Of a stretch of 62,833 nucleotides of DNA, positions 37,844 through 47,278 are shown piece after piece (within the stretch, counting starts at the first letter, position 1; each line of letters starts with the position of its first letter). Position numbers and translations under genes: made by a program. Under the pieces are notes generated by a model, which saw only the letters and a list, made by a program, of their open reading frames with translations, was not told the origin of the DNA and did not search any database. The stretch lies in the IMG/VR virus record IMGVR_UViG_3300023184_000120, positions 1 to 62,833 of that record; one strand, written 5' to 3'. The stretch comes from a virus. Taxonomy: Duplodnaviria > Caudoviricetes.

Positions 37844-38721
37844 CAGAAAGTTACCGTTCCGCTAGAAGTCCATATATAAATTTGGTAGTTGTCAGCATAC
37901 AAGATCTGTGGTGAACCAGTTGTTGCAGTTGGTGCTGATTGTGTTGCAGGGTAACGAATAATTACGATGCCAGAACCGCCAGCAGCTCCAACTTTTCCAT
38001 CGTAATAATCACTTCCTCCACCACCGCCTCCACCAGAGTTAGTTGTTCCAGAAGTAGCAGCTATAACAGTAATACCACACCCACCATTTCCACCGCCACC
38101 ACCACCACCAAGTGCGGGAATTCCTGCGGTAAGTTGCCATTGACCACCACCACCACCTCCAGCATAAAAAACACGCTGACCAGTAATAGTTGAGCAAAAT
38201 CCTGTACCACCACTTGCGCCAACTTGAACAGCCGCAGTTGCATTAAGGCCAACAGATCCTGCACCACCACCACCACCACCTCCACCAATATAAGCTGTAG
38301 AAGCACCAGTTCCACCAGCGTTTCCTTGCCCTGATGTTGCAGATCCACCAGCAGAACCTGAGTTTATTGCTGCAGAACCACCACCTCCAGAGCCTCCAGT
38401 TGCACCAGTAGCAGTACCTGAGTTATTTCCACCACCACCACCTCCTGTAGAAGTAATACTTGAAAATACAGAACTTCCACCATTTCCACCAGCATCACTA
38501 ACAGCCCCACCAGTACCTCCTGCACCAATAGTAATGGTCAATGCAGTACCAGTAGCAACAGCAAAGCCAGCCGCAGTCAAAAGACCACCCGCACCACCAC
38601 CGCCTCCTACTCGACCACCACCGCCACCACCACCAGCAACCACTAGATATTCAACAGTCGTAGGCGCACCAGATAAAGGATTAAATGTTGCAGAAATAAA
38701 ACCACCTAAGTTACTACTCAT
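37843..38721 (-). CDS. Glycine-rich domain tail/adhesin protein, paralog 3
   Basis: VEYLVVAGGGGGG...GGSGIVIIRYP...SGTVTF. Confidence 0.75.
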   Translation of the reverse strand: MSSNLGGFISATFNPLSGAPTTVEYLVVAGGGGGGGRVGGGGGAGGLLTAAGFAVATGTALTITIGAGGTGGAVSDAGGNGGSSVFSSITSTGGGGGGNNSGTATGATGGSGGGGSAAINSGSAGGSATSGQGNAGGTGASTAYIGGGGGGGGAGSVGLNATAAVQVGASGGTGFCSTITGQRVFYAGGGGGGQWQLTAGIPALGGGGGGGNGGCGITVIAATSGTTNSGGGGGGGSDYYDGKVGAAGGSGIVIIRYPATQSAPTATTGSPQILYADNYQIYIWTSSGTVTF

Positions 38722-38729
38722 GTTATTCC

Positions 38730-39626
38730 TTAAAAGGTGATTGAACCGCTAGATGTAAATGTGTAAACAGTCCATCCAGTAATAGATGTTTTTGTTCCAT
38801 TGGTTACGCTTGCAGCATCAGCAAATGTGCTTGGGTAGCGAATGATGACAATGCCAGAGCCGCCTGCGCCAGAAGTCTGTGCGATACTTGCACCACCTCC
38901 ACCTCCACCTGTATTTGCAGTTCCATTGGTAGCGGCAACAACAGTAGGATGAGAAGAACCTGTGCCACCAGAACCACCGCCACCAACTCCACCAACTCCA
39001 AGAGTTCCTACGTTGTGAACAGCCCCACCACCACCCCCTGCGTAGGTTGTAACTGTTCCAGATATAGCACTAGCGATACCTGCACCGCCTCTACCACCAT
39101 ACCCTGACGACCCATCTGCCCCATTAAGCCCAACAGTTCCTGCGCCACCACCACCGCCTGTACCATAGGCTGTACTAGTATCTGTAGTAGAGCCTGAACC
39201 ACCAGTATTTCCTTGTCCAGATATTCCACTAGCGGGCGCTGTTTTTGTAGTCACATAAGCAACGCCACTACCGCCACCGCCAGAACCACCTGAACCTGCT
39301 GTTACTACTCCAGAGCTACCATAGCCACCACCAGTAGCAGAAATGGAAGAAAAGACAGACGCTACACCTGCTCCTGCTTGGACGTTATATGCTGAGGCTG
39401 ATGCGCCACCACCACCAACAGTAACTGTAATGGACGAGCCAGTAGCAACAGGCAATATGCCAGTTAATAATCCACCAGCACCCCCTCCTGCTCCAAGACC
39501 AGAACCGCCCCCTGCGCCTCCAGCAACAACTAAATACTCAACCCAACCAGTTTTCTGCGTACCACTCCATGCCTTTTGTCTAAGTGCTTGGTTTTGTTGT
39601 CTGAGAGTAAAAAGACCCGTTGCCAT
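38730..39626 (-). CDS. Glycine-rich domain tail/adhesin protein, paralog 2
   Basis: VEYLVVAGG...GGSGIVIIRYP...SGSITF. Confidence 0.75.
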   Translation of the reverse strand: MATGLFTLRQQNQALRQKAWSGTQKTGWVEYLVVAGGAGGGSGLGAGGGAGGLLTGILPVATGSSITVTVGGGGASASAYNVQAGAGVASVFSSISATGGGYGSSGVVTAGSGGSGGGGSGVAYVTTKTAPASGISGQGNTGGSGSTTDTSTAYGTGGGGGAGTVGLNGADGSSGYGGRGGAGIASAISGTVTTYAGGGGGAVHNVGTLGVGGVGGGGSGGTGSSHPTVVAATNGTANTGGGGGGASIAQTSGAGGSGIVIIRYPSTFADAASVTNGTKTSITGWTVYTFTSSGSITF

Positions 39627-39635
39627 TTTTATCCC

Positions 39636-40508
39636 TTAGAAAGTAATCGTGCCAGAGGCAACGAATCTGTACACACGCCAAAAGCCTGTGACATAAGTTT
39701 CTGGTGAGCCTGTTGTGGATGTAGCAGGGGCTAAGTAAGAGGGATAGCGGATGATTACGATTCCAGAACCGCCTGTGCCGCCCAAGAAATTAACTGTGTC
39801 ATTAGATGAACCACCACCACCGCCAGAGCCTGTATTTGCTATTCCAGCATTGCCTACACCACCATTTGGTGTTCCTGCATTGCCACCTCCAGCAACGCCA
39901 AACTCAATAGAACCCCCGTTGTAAGTGCCACCGCCACCACCGCCAGCATATTGAAGTGCTGAACCAGAGATAGAAGAATTAGTGCCTGTGCCACCACTTG
40001 CGCCTTTAGTAGCTGTTGCGGCTATGCCCACTGACCCGCTTCCACCGCCACCACCAGCGGCATAATTTGGTGCAGAAAACAATCCTGCCCCACCAGCAAA
40101 TCCTTGCCCAGAAGTTCCTGCACCGCCAGAAGTTTGTCCAGAAGTACCACCACCTCCACCACCGCCAGAGCCGCCTGTTGACCTAGGGTCTCCACCAGCA
40201 CCACCTCCACCACCACCGCCTGTTGCAGTAATAGAACTAAAAACAGAATTTGAGCCGTTAGCACCATTATTTAATGTACTTGCGCCACCAGCACCAATAG
40301 TTATTGTGTAAGAAGTTCCAATAGTGACAGAAAGACCCGTAGCGGTTAACAGACCACCAGCACCACCGCCACCTCCAGTACCATTTCCAGCTTGAACGCC
40401 ACCACCACCACCCCCGCCAGCCACGACAAGGTATTCCACCGCTGTGACAGGGTAGTTAATGCCGTTAAGCCCAGCAGAGACAATGTTTCCCGTATATCGG
40501 AGTCCCAT
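39636..40508 (-). CDS. Glycine-rich domain tail/adhesin protein, paralog 1
   Basis: VEYLVVAGGGGGG...GGSGIVIIRYP...SGTITF. Confidence 0.75.
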   Translation of the reverse strand: MGLRYTGNIVSAGLNGINYPVTAVEYLVVAGGGGGGGVQAGNGTGGGGGAGGLLTATGLSVTIGTSYTITIGAGGASTLNNGANGSNSVFSSITATGGGGGGGAGGDPRSTGGSGGGGGGGTSGQTSGGAGTSGQGFAGGAGLFSAPNYAAGGGGGSGSVGIAATATKGASGGTGTNSSISGSALQYAGGGGGGTYNGGSIEFGVAGGGNAGTPNGGVGNAGIANTGSGGGGGSSNDTVNFLGGTGGSGIVIIRYPSYLAPATSTTGSPETYVTGFWRVYRFVASGTITF

Positions 40509-40519
40509 AAGACCTCCAA

Positions 40520-40891
40520 TTAGGTGATGGCTTCAAATGATGCTGTCATTTCAATGGCGCTGGATGTTCCAACAGTCACTACTATTGATTGGCTTTCACC
40601 GCAATAAAACGCCGTGGTTTTATCTACAACGATCAATGAAGCATTAGGAGGAACGCTGACTTGGTATGCAATTCGATACGCTGTACCGCCGCCGCCCGTT
40701 GCACTATTAACAGACACCGTTACAGTCGCCGCGCTAGAAGTCACATTAGACGCAACAATGTTGTCAATCTTGTTAACCGTACCAGACGCAGGAGTTAGAG
40801 CCGTCCATGTCGTAGCCCCCGTAGTAGCTGGGATTAAATACGATGTGTTGCCGTAAATACTCGTTACATTAACTATGTTTGGGTTTGCCAT
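40520..40891 (-). CDS. Virion structural protein (tail fibre-associated)
   Basis: MANPNIVNV; Thr/Val-rich beta protein; context. Confidence 0.6.
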   Translation of the reverse strand: MANPNIVNVTSIYGNTSYLIPATTGATTWTALTPASGTVNKIDNIVASNVTSSAATVTVSVNSATGGGGTAYRIAYQVSVPPNASLIVVDKTTAFYCGESQSIVVTVGTSSAIEMTASFEAIT

Positions 40892-40900
40892 GTTATCTCC

Positions 40901-41446
40901 TTAGAATCCAAAAATCATCGCCATTGCGATGGATTTACCTGTTGATACACCGCCAAGATTGGATAGTGCTGCTGCTGCCGTTGTAGCATTTGTACCGCCA
41001 TTCGCAATTGGCAAAACACCACTTACAAAATATGGAGCTACTTTGACATAGTCTATACCGTTATAGTACACGAATACTTTTTCACCCACAGCAACCGAGA
41101 CACCTGTCTGACCGGCTGCTTTAAAAGTCACCGCGCTGGTAGCGCCTGCGTGATCCACCATGTACAGTTTGCTGTAGCTGGGGCCTGTGATTACTTTGGT
41201 AACAGTTTGTGTGCCGGTGATACGAATCACCATGTATTGGGCTGTTGTGCTACCAATATTGTTTCCTGATGCACTACCTGTGGTGTTAGCCAAAGTAATA
41301 GCGCCATCACCCGCAAAAGACAACGTGCCTGCGATGGAAATGTCCACGTAGTCAGAAATACCGTAGTTGACTGTGTCGCCCCACGTACCAGAGAGCGTTC
41401 CCTGTGTGGGGGTGACTAAACCCAGAAGAGTCGTTGTAGCTGCCAT
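40901..41446 (-). CDS. Tail fibre proximal protein
   Basis: SGTWG.TVN, LPIANGGTNAT fibre motif, C-terminal GKSIAMAMIFG. Confidence 0.6.
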   Translation of the reverse strand: MAATTTLLGLVTPTQGTLSGTWGDTVNYGISDYVDISIAGTLSFAGDGAITLANTTGSASGNNIGSTTAQYMVIRITGTQTVTKVITGPSYSKLYMVDHAGATSAVTFKAAGQTGVSVAVGEKVFVYYNGIDYVKVAPYFVSGVLPIANGGTNATTAAAALSNLGGVSTGKSIAMAMIFGF

Positions 41447-41456
41447 TTAAGTGCTC

Positions 41457-42212
41457 CTAAGTCGTTGCAACCGCAGTCCAACCTGCCGTTTGCGTATTAC
41501 CAATATTCTGCCAGTTTGCGGTCTGCGTGTCATCTATTACATCCCAAGTTTTTCTTACAGATTCGCTTGAAGTAATAGCCGCTGTGTCCGTCACAGTCGA
41601 CACATAAGTCGTAGCCGCTATCTCCGTAGACGTAGCCGCCCCAATCAACTCATCCAAAAACTTGGCAAATGTTGCCGCCACTACTTCATCCGTAGAGGTC
41701 GCCACTGTCTCATTTACAACCAGCCCAAAGTAATCCGTTGCCGCAGTCTCTGCCGTAGAACTTACTGTAGTTTCATCAACTGCTGCATTAAAGAACGATC
41801 CAACAAGCTGTTCTGTTGAGGTGGCAGTTGTCTCAGCTACAGTCCTTGCAAACGTCGCCGCTACAGACTCACTTGTTGCTGTTGCCAAAGACTCATCAAT
41901 CAATTTTGCAAAAGTTGCCGCTACCGCCTCTGTTGTAACCGTAGCTGACGTGTCGTCTACACTAACCGTATACCCCGTAGCCGCTGTATTTGTTTCGCTG
42001 ATGGCCGCAGTCTCTGCAACCGATTTAGCAAATGTAGCTTGAACTGTCTCACTTTCAGAAATCCCAGAGGTTTCATCCCTAGATACAGCAAACGTGGCGG
42101 CTGGATCTTCAGCCGTAGATGTGGCAACGGACTCGGATACGCTATCGGTAAAGGCAGTTATACCGCCCCATCCCGCAGCCCCCCAAGTGCCGTCGCCCCA
42201 TGCGTAAGCCAT
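41457..42212 (-). CDS. Thr/Ala/Glu-rich repetitive structural protein
   Basis: About 21-aa repeats (ET.A.ST.E.VAATFA..V); WG-rich N-terminus. Confidence 0.6.
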   Translation of the reverse strand: MAYAWGDGTWGAAGWGGITAFTDSVSESVATSTAEDPAATFAVSRDETSGISESETVQATFAKSVAETAAISETNTAATGYTVSVDDTSATVTTEAVAATFAKLIDESLATATSESVAATFARTVAETTATSTEQLVGSFFNAAVDETTVSSTAETAATDYFGLVVNETVATSTDEVVAATFAKFLDELIGAATSTEIAATTYVSTVTDTAAITSSESVRKTWDVIDDTQTANWQNIGNTQTAGWTAVATT

Positions 42213-42213
42213 T

Positions 42214-42792
42214 TTACGTCAGTGAGCAGGAGTACGAAACCGCAATAGTGTCACCTGAAACAACTGATTTAGAGCTACTAAAATCACCAGCAGAGAACAG
42301 CGTTCCTGTGGTGTTGTCAATTGTTGCAGAGCCGCCAATATTGATAAAGCAGCCAGCCACAGTGCCTGTTGAGGTGATGGCAAACGATGAAGCCGCAGAA
42401 GTAGATTTTGTGCAAGTTGTACCGCTTACAAAAGCCGCAGCACTGAATGTTGGGGTTTTGCGATTGCCAGTGTACGTTGGGGCGTTAGCCAAACCAACTT
42501 CCAACCAGCTTGCGTGAGAAGCCTGCGTATCGGCAATCACGGCTGTACCCGTACCTTTAAGACCCATAACCACTGCGCCAGCGGCTGAGTTACCAAGGAT
42601 GGTGTCTAGCGTCAGGTTCTTGCCCACAGTTGTGACCAAGTTCTCAATAGCGTCTTCCCACTTTACGTTACCGTCTTTGTCATAGCAAACGGCATAGTAG
42701 CGGCCTTCAATGGTCGCGGTATCAGAGGGGGCGGTGTTGTAGCTGCAGGATGCTTCGCATTTATCTGCGGCTGAAATTTTATCAATAGTCAT
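42214..42792 (-). CDS. Virion structural protein
   Basis: KWED...NLVTTVG, GTLFSA, GDTIAVSY; context. Confidence 0.6.
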   Translation of the reverse strand: MTIDKISAADKCEASCSYNTAPSDTATIEGRYYAVCYDKDGNVKWEDAIENLVTTVGKNLTLDTILGNSAAGAVVMGLKGTGTAVIADTQASHASWLEVGLANAPTYTGNRKTPTFSAAAFVSGTTCTKSTSAASSFAITSTGTVAGCFINIGGSATIDNTTGTLFSAGDFSSSKSVVSGDTIAVSYSCSLT

Positions 42793-42801
42793 GGTGACTC
42801 C

Positions 42802-43227
42802 TTAGTTAGAAGAACGTATTAACGAAGTGGTTGCGCCGTTGGTCGGCATGGTGATGGTGAACGTAGTTGTAGAAGTCTTATCTGAGCCAAAGTCTAAAAC
42901 GGCTATGGATGGCTTACCGGCAACGGTATCGTTATAAATCAGGGCACACCTTGCTGTTAATGCGGCAGTCCAAGATACGTTAGGAAACCCGACATAGGCC
43001 GTGTACCCTGAAGATGATACCGTGATGGGTGTCAAAATAGACCCCCCTGCTGTGTACCCAGTAGCAACAACTTGTCCCGGTGTACTCACAGAATACGCCG
43101 TTGTTGTTTCGTTTAAATTAGCAGAAGCCGTGTACAGGGCAATTTTAATAACGTCAGTCGTCAAGTCGTGTATGCCTTGATACAACTGCGCTTTAAAACT
43201 TGTAGTTTGGGTTTGGACAATCGCCAT
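42802..43227 (-). CDS. Virion structural protein
   Basis: TSFK..L, KIALYT, GYTAGG, ALIYN, VLDFG.DK. Confidence 0.65.
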   Translation of the reverse strand: MAIVQTQTTSFKAQLYQGIHDLTTDVIKIALYTASANLNETTTAYSVSTPGQVVATGYTAGGSILTPITVSSSGYTAYVGFPNVSWTAALTARCALIYNDTVAGKPSIAVLDFGSDKTSTTTFTITMPTNGATTSLIRSSN

Positions 43228-43228
43228 A

Positions 43229-43900
43229 TCAAGTTACCTTCTGACGGAACTGACCAGAACGGTAAGCGTCTTGACGCTCCATACCATCACCCAAACGTTT
43301 TGCAAGTGCCAAAGCTTCCATGAACTTCTGGTTGTACAACTGCATCATGTCAGTCTCACCCTTCATGTAGGTGTAAGCCTCAACCAAAGATGCGTACAAA
43401 AGCACCGTGTCAAAGTTATCGCCTAGCCATGTTTGGCCATCTGCTGCTACCGTAATAGACTCGGGGTAGTAGTAATAATGCAACTCAACGCTATACGATG
43501 AGTCTGGTGTGGGGCCAAGAATAAACGACAGTTCGTCTGAAATAGTAGTACCAGACACCGCAGGGCCAAACAAAGCGTAATATTTTGGAATAGCTGTATC
43601 TGTTGGCTGTGGGTACGCTTGGCGAATAAAGTTAACGTCTTTGTTCAGCAAATACTCGTACTCACCACTGGCGTTGATAATTGCCATAGAGTACACCGCC
43701 AAGAAATCCAGTGGGCACTGCAAATACTTATTGTTCACCGTGGTCACGCCTGTCACGTTCTTGCGGATAGACGGAAACTGCACCGAGTTATAAATGCGCT
43801 GCTCAGCCTGAGTCACGAAGACAGGAATCTCCGCCACGAAGCTTGTCTCCGTGTTCTCCGTGTACGCTTGAATAGCGTTGCTGAGTGCGGTGTAATTCAT
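43229..43900 (-). CDS. Head-tail adaptor/tail tubular-like protein
   Basis: MNY..L, AEQRIY, PKYYA, GPTPD..Y.VELHY, LLY.SL.EA; start set at MNYTAL. Confidence 0.65.
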   Translation of the reverse strand: MNYTALSNAIQAYTENTETSFVAEIPVFVTQAEQRIYNSVQFPSIRKNVTGVTTVNNKYLQCPLDFLAVYSMAIINASGEYEYLLNKDVNFIRQAYPQPTDTAIPKYYALFGPAVSGTTISDELSFILGPTPDSSYSVELHYYYYPESITVAADGQTWLGDNFDTVLLYASLVEAYTYMKGETDMMQLYNQKFMEALALAKRLGDGMERQDAYRSGQFRQKVT

Positions 43901-43907
43901 GTATACC

Positions 43908-44153
43908 TCAACCCATAGGGCCGCGTGACATAACACCTTTGGTAGCGCAGCCTGTGCCGCGCATCTTGATGCCGGATGTTTTAGTAGGCTCGTTACCGGC
44001 AGATTTGCTGATGTTGCCAACGCTCACATCAAAGTTGTCAAGCTTGCTGCGATTAGCGCCAGAACCGGGGTTCTCAGATATACCTACAGGCGCGCCACTC
44101 ATGGTGTGGGGCTTGGCGTATGCGGAAGCTGGAAGATTGTTAATTTTGGCCAT
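43908..44153 (-). CDS. Small basic hypothetical protein
   Basis: KTSGIKMRGTGCATKG..SRGPM. Confidence 0.7.
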   Translation of the reverse strand: MAKINNLPASAYAKPHTMSGAPVGISENPGSGANRSKLDNFDVSVGNISKSAGNEPTKTSGIKMRGTGCATKGVMSRGPMG

Positions 44154-44154
44154 G

Positions 44155-44349
44155 TTATTTCCCCTGATTTGCAGCGCGGGACAGATTACGTCCTAAACGC
44201 ATGCGGTCATCGGTTGTGGGGCCGCCCTTTTTCAACTTCAAAGATGTACCTTTGCCGCCCGTGTGTTCTTGCTTGTCGTGCTGCTTGAACGCTTTTTTAA
44301 TCAGAGCAACGTTTTGCTTCTTGTCTGACTTCATGTCTTCTTTTGCCAT
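44155..44349 (-). CDS. Small Lys-rich protein
   Basis: IKKAFKQHD..EH, LKKGG, GRNLSRA. Confidence 0.7.
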   Translation of the reverse strand: MAKEDMKSDKKQNVALIKKAFKQHDKQEHTGGKGTSLKLKKGGPTTDDRMRLGRNLSRAANQGK

Positions 44350-44358
44350 ATTAAGCTC

Positions 44359-44748
44359 CTATGAAACTGTTACTGTAACTGTACCAACATTTGTCGTTGC
44401 CACCAAGTAGTTGGGGGTCAAAACTGCATCAAAAATACTAGCCCCGCCAACCGGTGCCCACCCCCATTGAGTATCTCGTGATCCACCAGTCAAACTACCG
44501 GTAGCACTGACCCCTGCCGTCACGTACGTTGTGTCCTTGCGTGGGTTACGCACTGCCTGTGGATCATCAACTGGATACATACCGAGCAATAACTGTGGTT
44601 GGTCGGGATCAAAACAAGTAGAACACACAAGCAAATTATAAATCTTAGTCTTCTGTATCTCTTTACGAAGCGCTGTCAATTTGAATTGCTGACCGCAACG
44701 ATCGCACATAGCAATACTGTTTTTACCAGAAGCAAAACGATTACCCAT
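44359..44748 (-). CDS. Zinc-binding virion morphogenesis protein
   Basis: CDRCG...VCSTCFDPDQPQL...DPQAVRNPR. Confidence 0.65.
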   Translation of the reverse strand: MGNRFASGKNSIAMCDRCGQQFKLTALRKEIQKTKIYNLLVCSTCFDPDQPQLLLGMYPVDDPQAVRNPRKDTTYVTAGVSATGSLTGGSRDTQWGWAPVGGASIFDAVLTPNYLVATTNVGTVTVTVS

Positions 44749-45208
44749 GCGCCACCTCAAACTTATTCTTCTTACGTATGTTGTCTACGCCACGCAAAAA
44801 CTGAAGGTTGTTTGGTACATGTAACCCCGACACAAGTTTACCCTGCAGTGGGATTATGTGGTCAACATGCCACGGTTCTTTGTTGTTACGCGCCAGCATA
44901 GCCGCAACCGAGTAGTAACATTTAATCTTCAACCGGTCAAATGGGGAAAGCCACGCAGGTGTGCGCTGTTTAACCACTTTTTTGCGCATCGCACACAAAA
45001 AGTTTATTTTGCCTTTGTTTGCTTGTCTGTACTCTCGTTTTTGCGCTAGGCTTGCTTCTCGTGTAGCGAGATATGCAGCCCGTTTATCGGCAATAATTTT
45101 CTCTTTGTTAGCCGCCCTATAAGCGCGTTTAACCGCTGCAATACGGGCTTTGTTGGCCTCGTAGTACGCCTTGTGGTACGCAGTGTCGGTAACGCGCTTT
45201 GACTTCAT
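44741..45208 (-). CDS. HNH endonuclease
   Basis: RTPAWL, WHVDHIIPLQGKLVSGLHVPNNLQ...N..K.N. Confidence 0.88.
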   Translation of the reverse strand: MKSKRVTDTAYHKAYYEANKARIAAVKRAYRAANKEKIIADKRAAYLATREASLAQKREYRQANKGKINFLCAMRKKVVKQRTPAWLSPFDRLKIKCYYSVAAMLARNNKEPWHVDHIIPLQGKLVSGLHVPNNLQFLRGVDNIRKKNKFEVAHG

Positions 45209-46134
45209 GTACCGCTACCTATAAATTGCTGGCGTGGTACAAATCGGACGCTTGCTTTTTCTCTGTCTTCGTCTGATGCCAACTGCCAAGCTTCATCGTA
45301 TTGTTGTTTCAAGACAGGCAGGCGCTCAGCGCCGCCCTCAATCTTAAGAGCCAAGTAGTAGGCCAAGCCTGCCACCATACAGGGCAGGAAGCGGAAAGGC
45401 ACATCCATCGTGCGTACACCCCCGCCAGCATCATCAATCCGGCGCATGCGCCAGTAAACAAACTGATACGTTGTGCTGTTGTCTGGGGTAGGCCAGAGGG
45501 TCACAGAGGGTAGATTTTGTGTATATACAGCGGCGGCAGTTGAGTGCGCCGCGGCAGTCGTGCCGTTCTGCCCACGGAAGCAGTTGTAAAGCGCGTTGCC
45601 AGAGATGTAGCCATACTGAACAGTCTCAGACTCAATCAACAAGAACCCTGTAGCGGGTAATCCAGCCACTGAAGTCAACGTAATTGTGGTGTCTGTTGCA
45701 GAAATACCACCATTTAATGTAGTCCCTACGGACGATGTTTGACCATCTAAACGCTGAAACCACACCTGAATAGGGCGGGCTTGCTGTAATTTGTTTGGGA
45801 TCGTGGCATAGGTAGAAACACTGATACGCGTGATGGTCAGGTCAGCCTGCGTAGATGCGCTACCCGCGCCCGTACGGATTACATGCTCAAGTAGATCCAC
45901 TGTGTCTACAGGCAGTGCGTAGGTGTTCAGACCCGGAGTCAGGTTAATTGTCCCCTGCTCAAACGTCCACATGTTCACACCACGGTTTGCCCAGTCTGCG
46001 AAGAGTAAATTAAGCGAACGACGGGCTGTACGCAAGTCGTAACCCGTGCGCAACTCTGAACCAGCGCGTTCAAACGCTTCCTCAACCAACTCAGTGAGGT
46101 CAAGGTTAAACGCTGCGGTTCCTGAAGTTGTCAT
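45205..46134 (-). CDS. Head-tail connector/head completion protein
   Basis: EEAFERAG, ARRSLNLL..WANRG, LWPTPD, FLPCMVAGLAYYLA. Confidence 0.65.
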   Translation of the reverse strand: MTTSGTAAFNLDLTELVEEAFERAGSELRTGYDLRTARRSLNLLFADWANRGVNMWTFEQGTINLTPGLNTYALPVDTVDLLEHVIRTGAGSASTQADLTITRISVSTYATIPNKLQQARPIQVWFQRLDGQTSSVGTTLNGGISATDTTITLTSVAGLPATGFLLIESETVQYGYISGNALYNCFRGQNGTTAAAHSTAAAVYTQNLPSVTLWPTPDNSTTYQFVYWRMRRIDDAGGGVRTMDVPFRFLPCMVAGLAYYLALKIEGGAERLPVLKQQYDEAWQLASDEDREKASVRFVPRQQFIGSGT

Positions 46135-46307
46135 TTCATGCCTTTAAGGGTCTGAGCCAGACGCGCACGCTGCCCCATCTTACCGGGTTTTTTTGCAGCG
46201 GCGGCTAGCTTCTTTGCAGGAATCGGTTCACCTTTTTTAGCGCCAAGAGCAGAGCGCAAAGCACCGGGCTTCTTGATTGCGTCTTTAATCCAGTTCTTGG
46301 TAGCCAT
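46131..46307 (-). CDS. 58-aa Lys/Ala-rich basic protein (MATKNWIKDAIKKPGALRSALG...)
   Basis: Translated by hand, absent from the ORF track; coupled on both sides. Confidence 0.75.
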   Translation of the reverse strand: MATKNWIKDAIKKPGALRSALGAKKGEPIPAKKLAAAAKKPGKMGQRARLAQTLKGMK

Positions 46308-46540
46308 TATCTAAACCCCGCCGTTTTCTTTGCAATCGTTTTCGGTTGCGCTACGAATTGTTGTCCGGCTTTTTTGCCAGCACGTTTTGCACGCGTTGTC
46401 GCAGCGTACTCAGCAGGGCTGAGACTTTTAATCGCAGCACTAGGAAGGTATCGCTCACCCGTGTCAGAAGATTTTTTACCACTTTTGGTTCTCCATTTCT
46501 GGTCGCCCCAATCCTTCAATGATTTCTGAGGCGCTTTCAA
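46307..46540 (-). CDS. Small basic protein
   Basis: QKSLK.W..QKWRTKSGK, GERYLP. Confidence 0.75.
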   Translation of the reverse strand: MKAPQKSLKDWGDQKWRTKSGKKSSDTGERYLPSAAIKSLSPAEYAATTRAKRAGKKAGQQFVAQPKTIAKKTAGFR

Positions 46541-46812
46541 TCTCGGTAACCCCCACCTGCCGCCTTGTACTTCTTAGCAACAAGCTGTGCTTTGCGGGCT
46601 GACCATTGACCTGCCCCTGTACCTTGCGTAGCCGCCGCTTTTACCTGAGACACAATCTTCTTACGAAGACTTGGCTTTGTGTAATTGCCAGCCGCATTCA
46701 CCTTCCCACCCTCTTTGTACTGGGTAAAGTCAGTATCGTCCCGCCGGGCTTTCTTGACGCCCTTGGGCATTTTAGAGGGGGAGATGTCCCCCATCCCACG
46801 GCTGGCCATCAT
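46537..46812 (-). CDS. Small basic protein
   Basis: YKEGGKVNAAGNYTKP, GQWSARKAQ, GGGY. Confidence 0.75.
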   Translation of the reverse strand: MMASRGMGDISPSKMPKGVKKARRDDTDFTQYKEGGKVNAAGNYTKPSLRKKIVSQVKAAATQGTGAGQWSARKAQLVAKKYKAAGGGYRD

Positions 46813-46816
46813 GGTC

Positions 46817-47278
46817 TTAGCAGGCTTTGCCGCCCCTGTTCATAGCAATCATTGTGCCTTTGGTTTTGCCTTTTGTAGCAACACCATCAGCACGTGCAGA
46901 AGCAGAACCACCAGCAGCCATTTTTTTCATGCCGCCTTTTTTCATGCCCATCATTTGTTTTTTGTCTGTCGCCATGTCAGCTTTAGAGCCTTCTTGTGCG
47001 CCTTTTTTCTTAGCCATCATTGCCATGAAGCCGGGATTCATCTTAGCCATAGTATTACCACCTTCTTTAAAAAAAGCCATTTTTCCGTGATCGGTTTTAG
47101 GCTTGTTCACCTTCTGAATATCTGGACGGGTTGCCCCGCCAGAACCAAACTTCTTACCCTTGTCCGCCTCGTTGAAATCTTTTCCAACGCTTTGCGGAAT
47201 TCCTACCTTCTTGGCAAACGCAGGGTTATGCGCTATAGCCGCCATGAAGTTGTGTTGTTTTTTACTTGTCGATGGCAT
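46817..47278 (-). CDS. Lys/Met/Gly-rich basic protein with repeated xxxGG motifs
   Basis: MPSTSKKQHNFMAA; five hydrophobic-x-x-GG motifs; RADG.ATKGKTKG. Confidence 0.75.
   Translation of the reverse strand: MPSTSKKQHNFMAAIAHNPAFAKKVGIPQSVGKDFNEADKGKKFGSGGATRPDIQKVNKPKTDHGKMAFFKEGGNTMAKMNPGFMAMMAKKKGAQEGSKADMATDKKQMMGMKKGGMKKMAAGGSASARADGVATKGKTKGTMIAMNRGGKAC

Noticed and set aside
35991-40508. Diversity-generating retroelement or invertible tail-fibre cassette
   Set aside because: No reverse transcriptase or invertase; paralogs are co-oriented and diverged throughout rather than only at adenines.
46776-46792. GGGGGAGATGTCCCCC as an eighth palindrome copy
   Set aside because: The right arm and spacer do not match GGGGAG-N5-CTCCCC.
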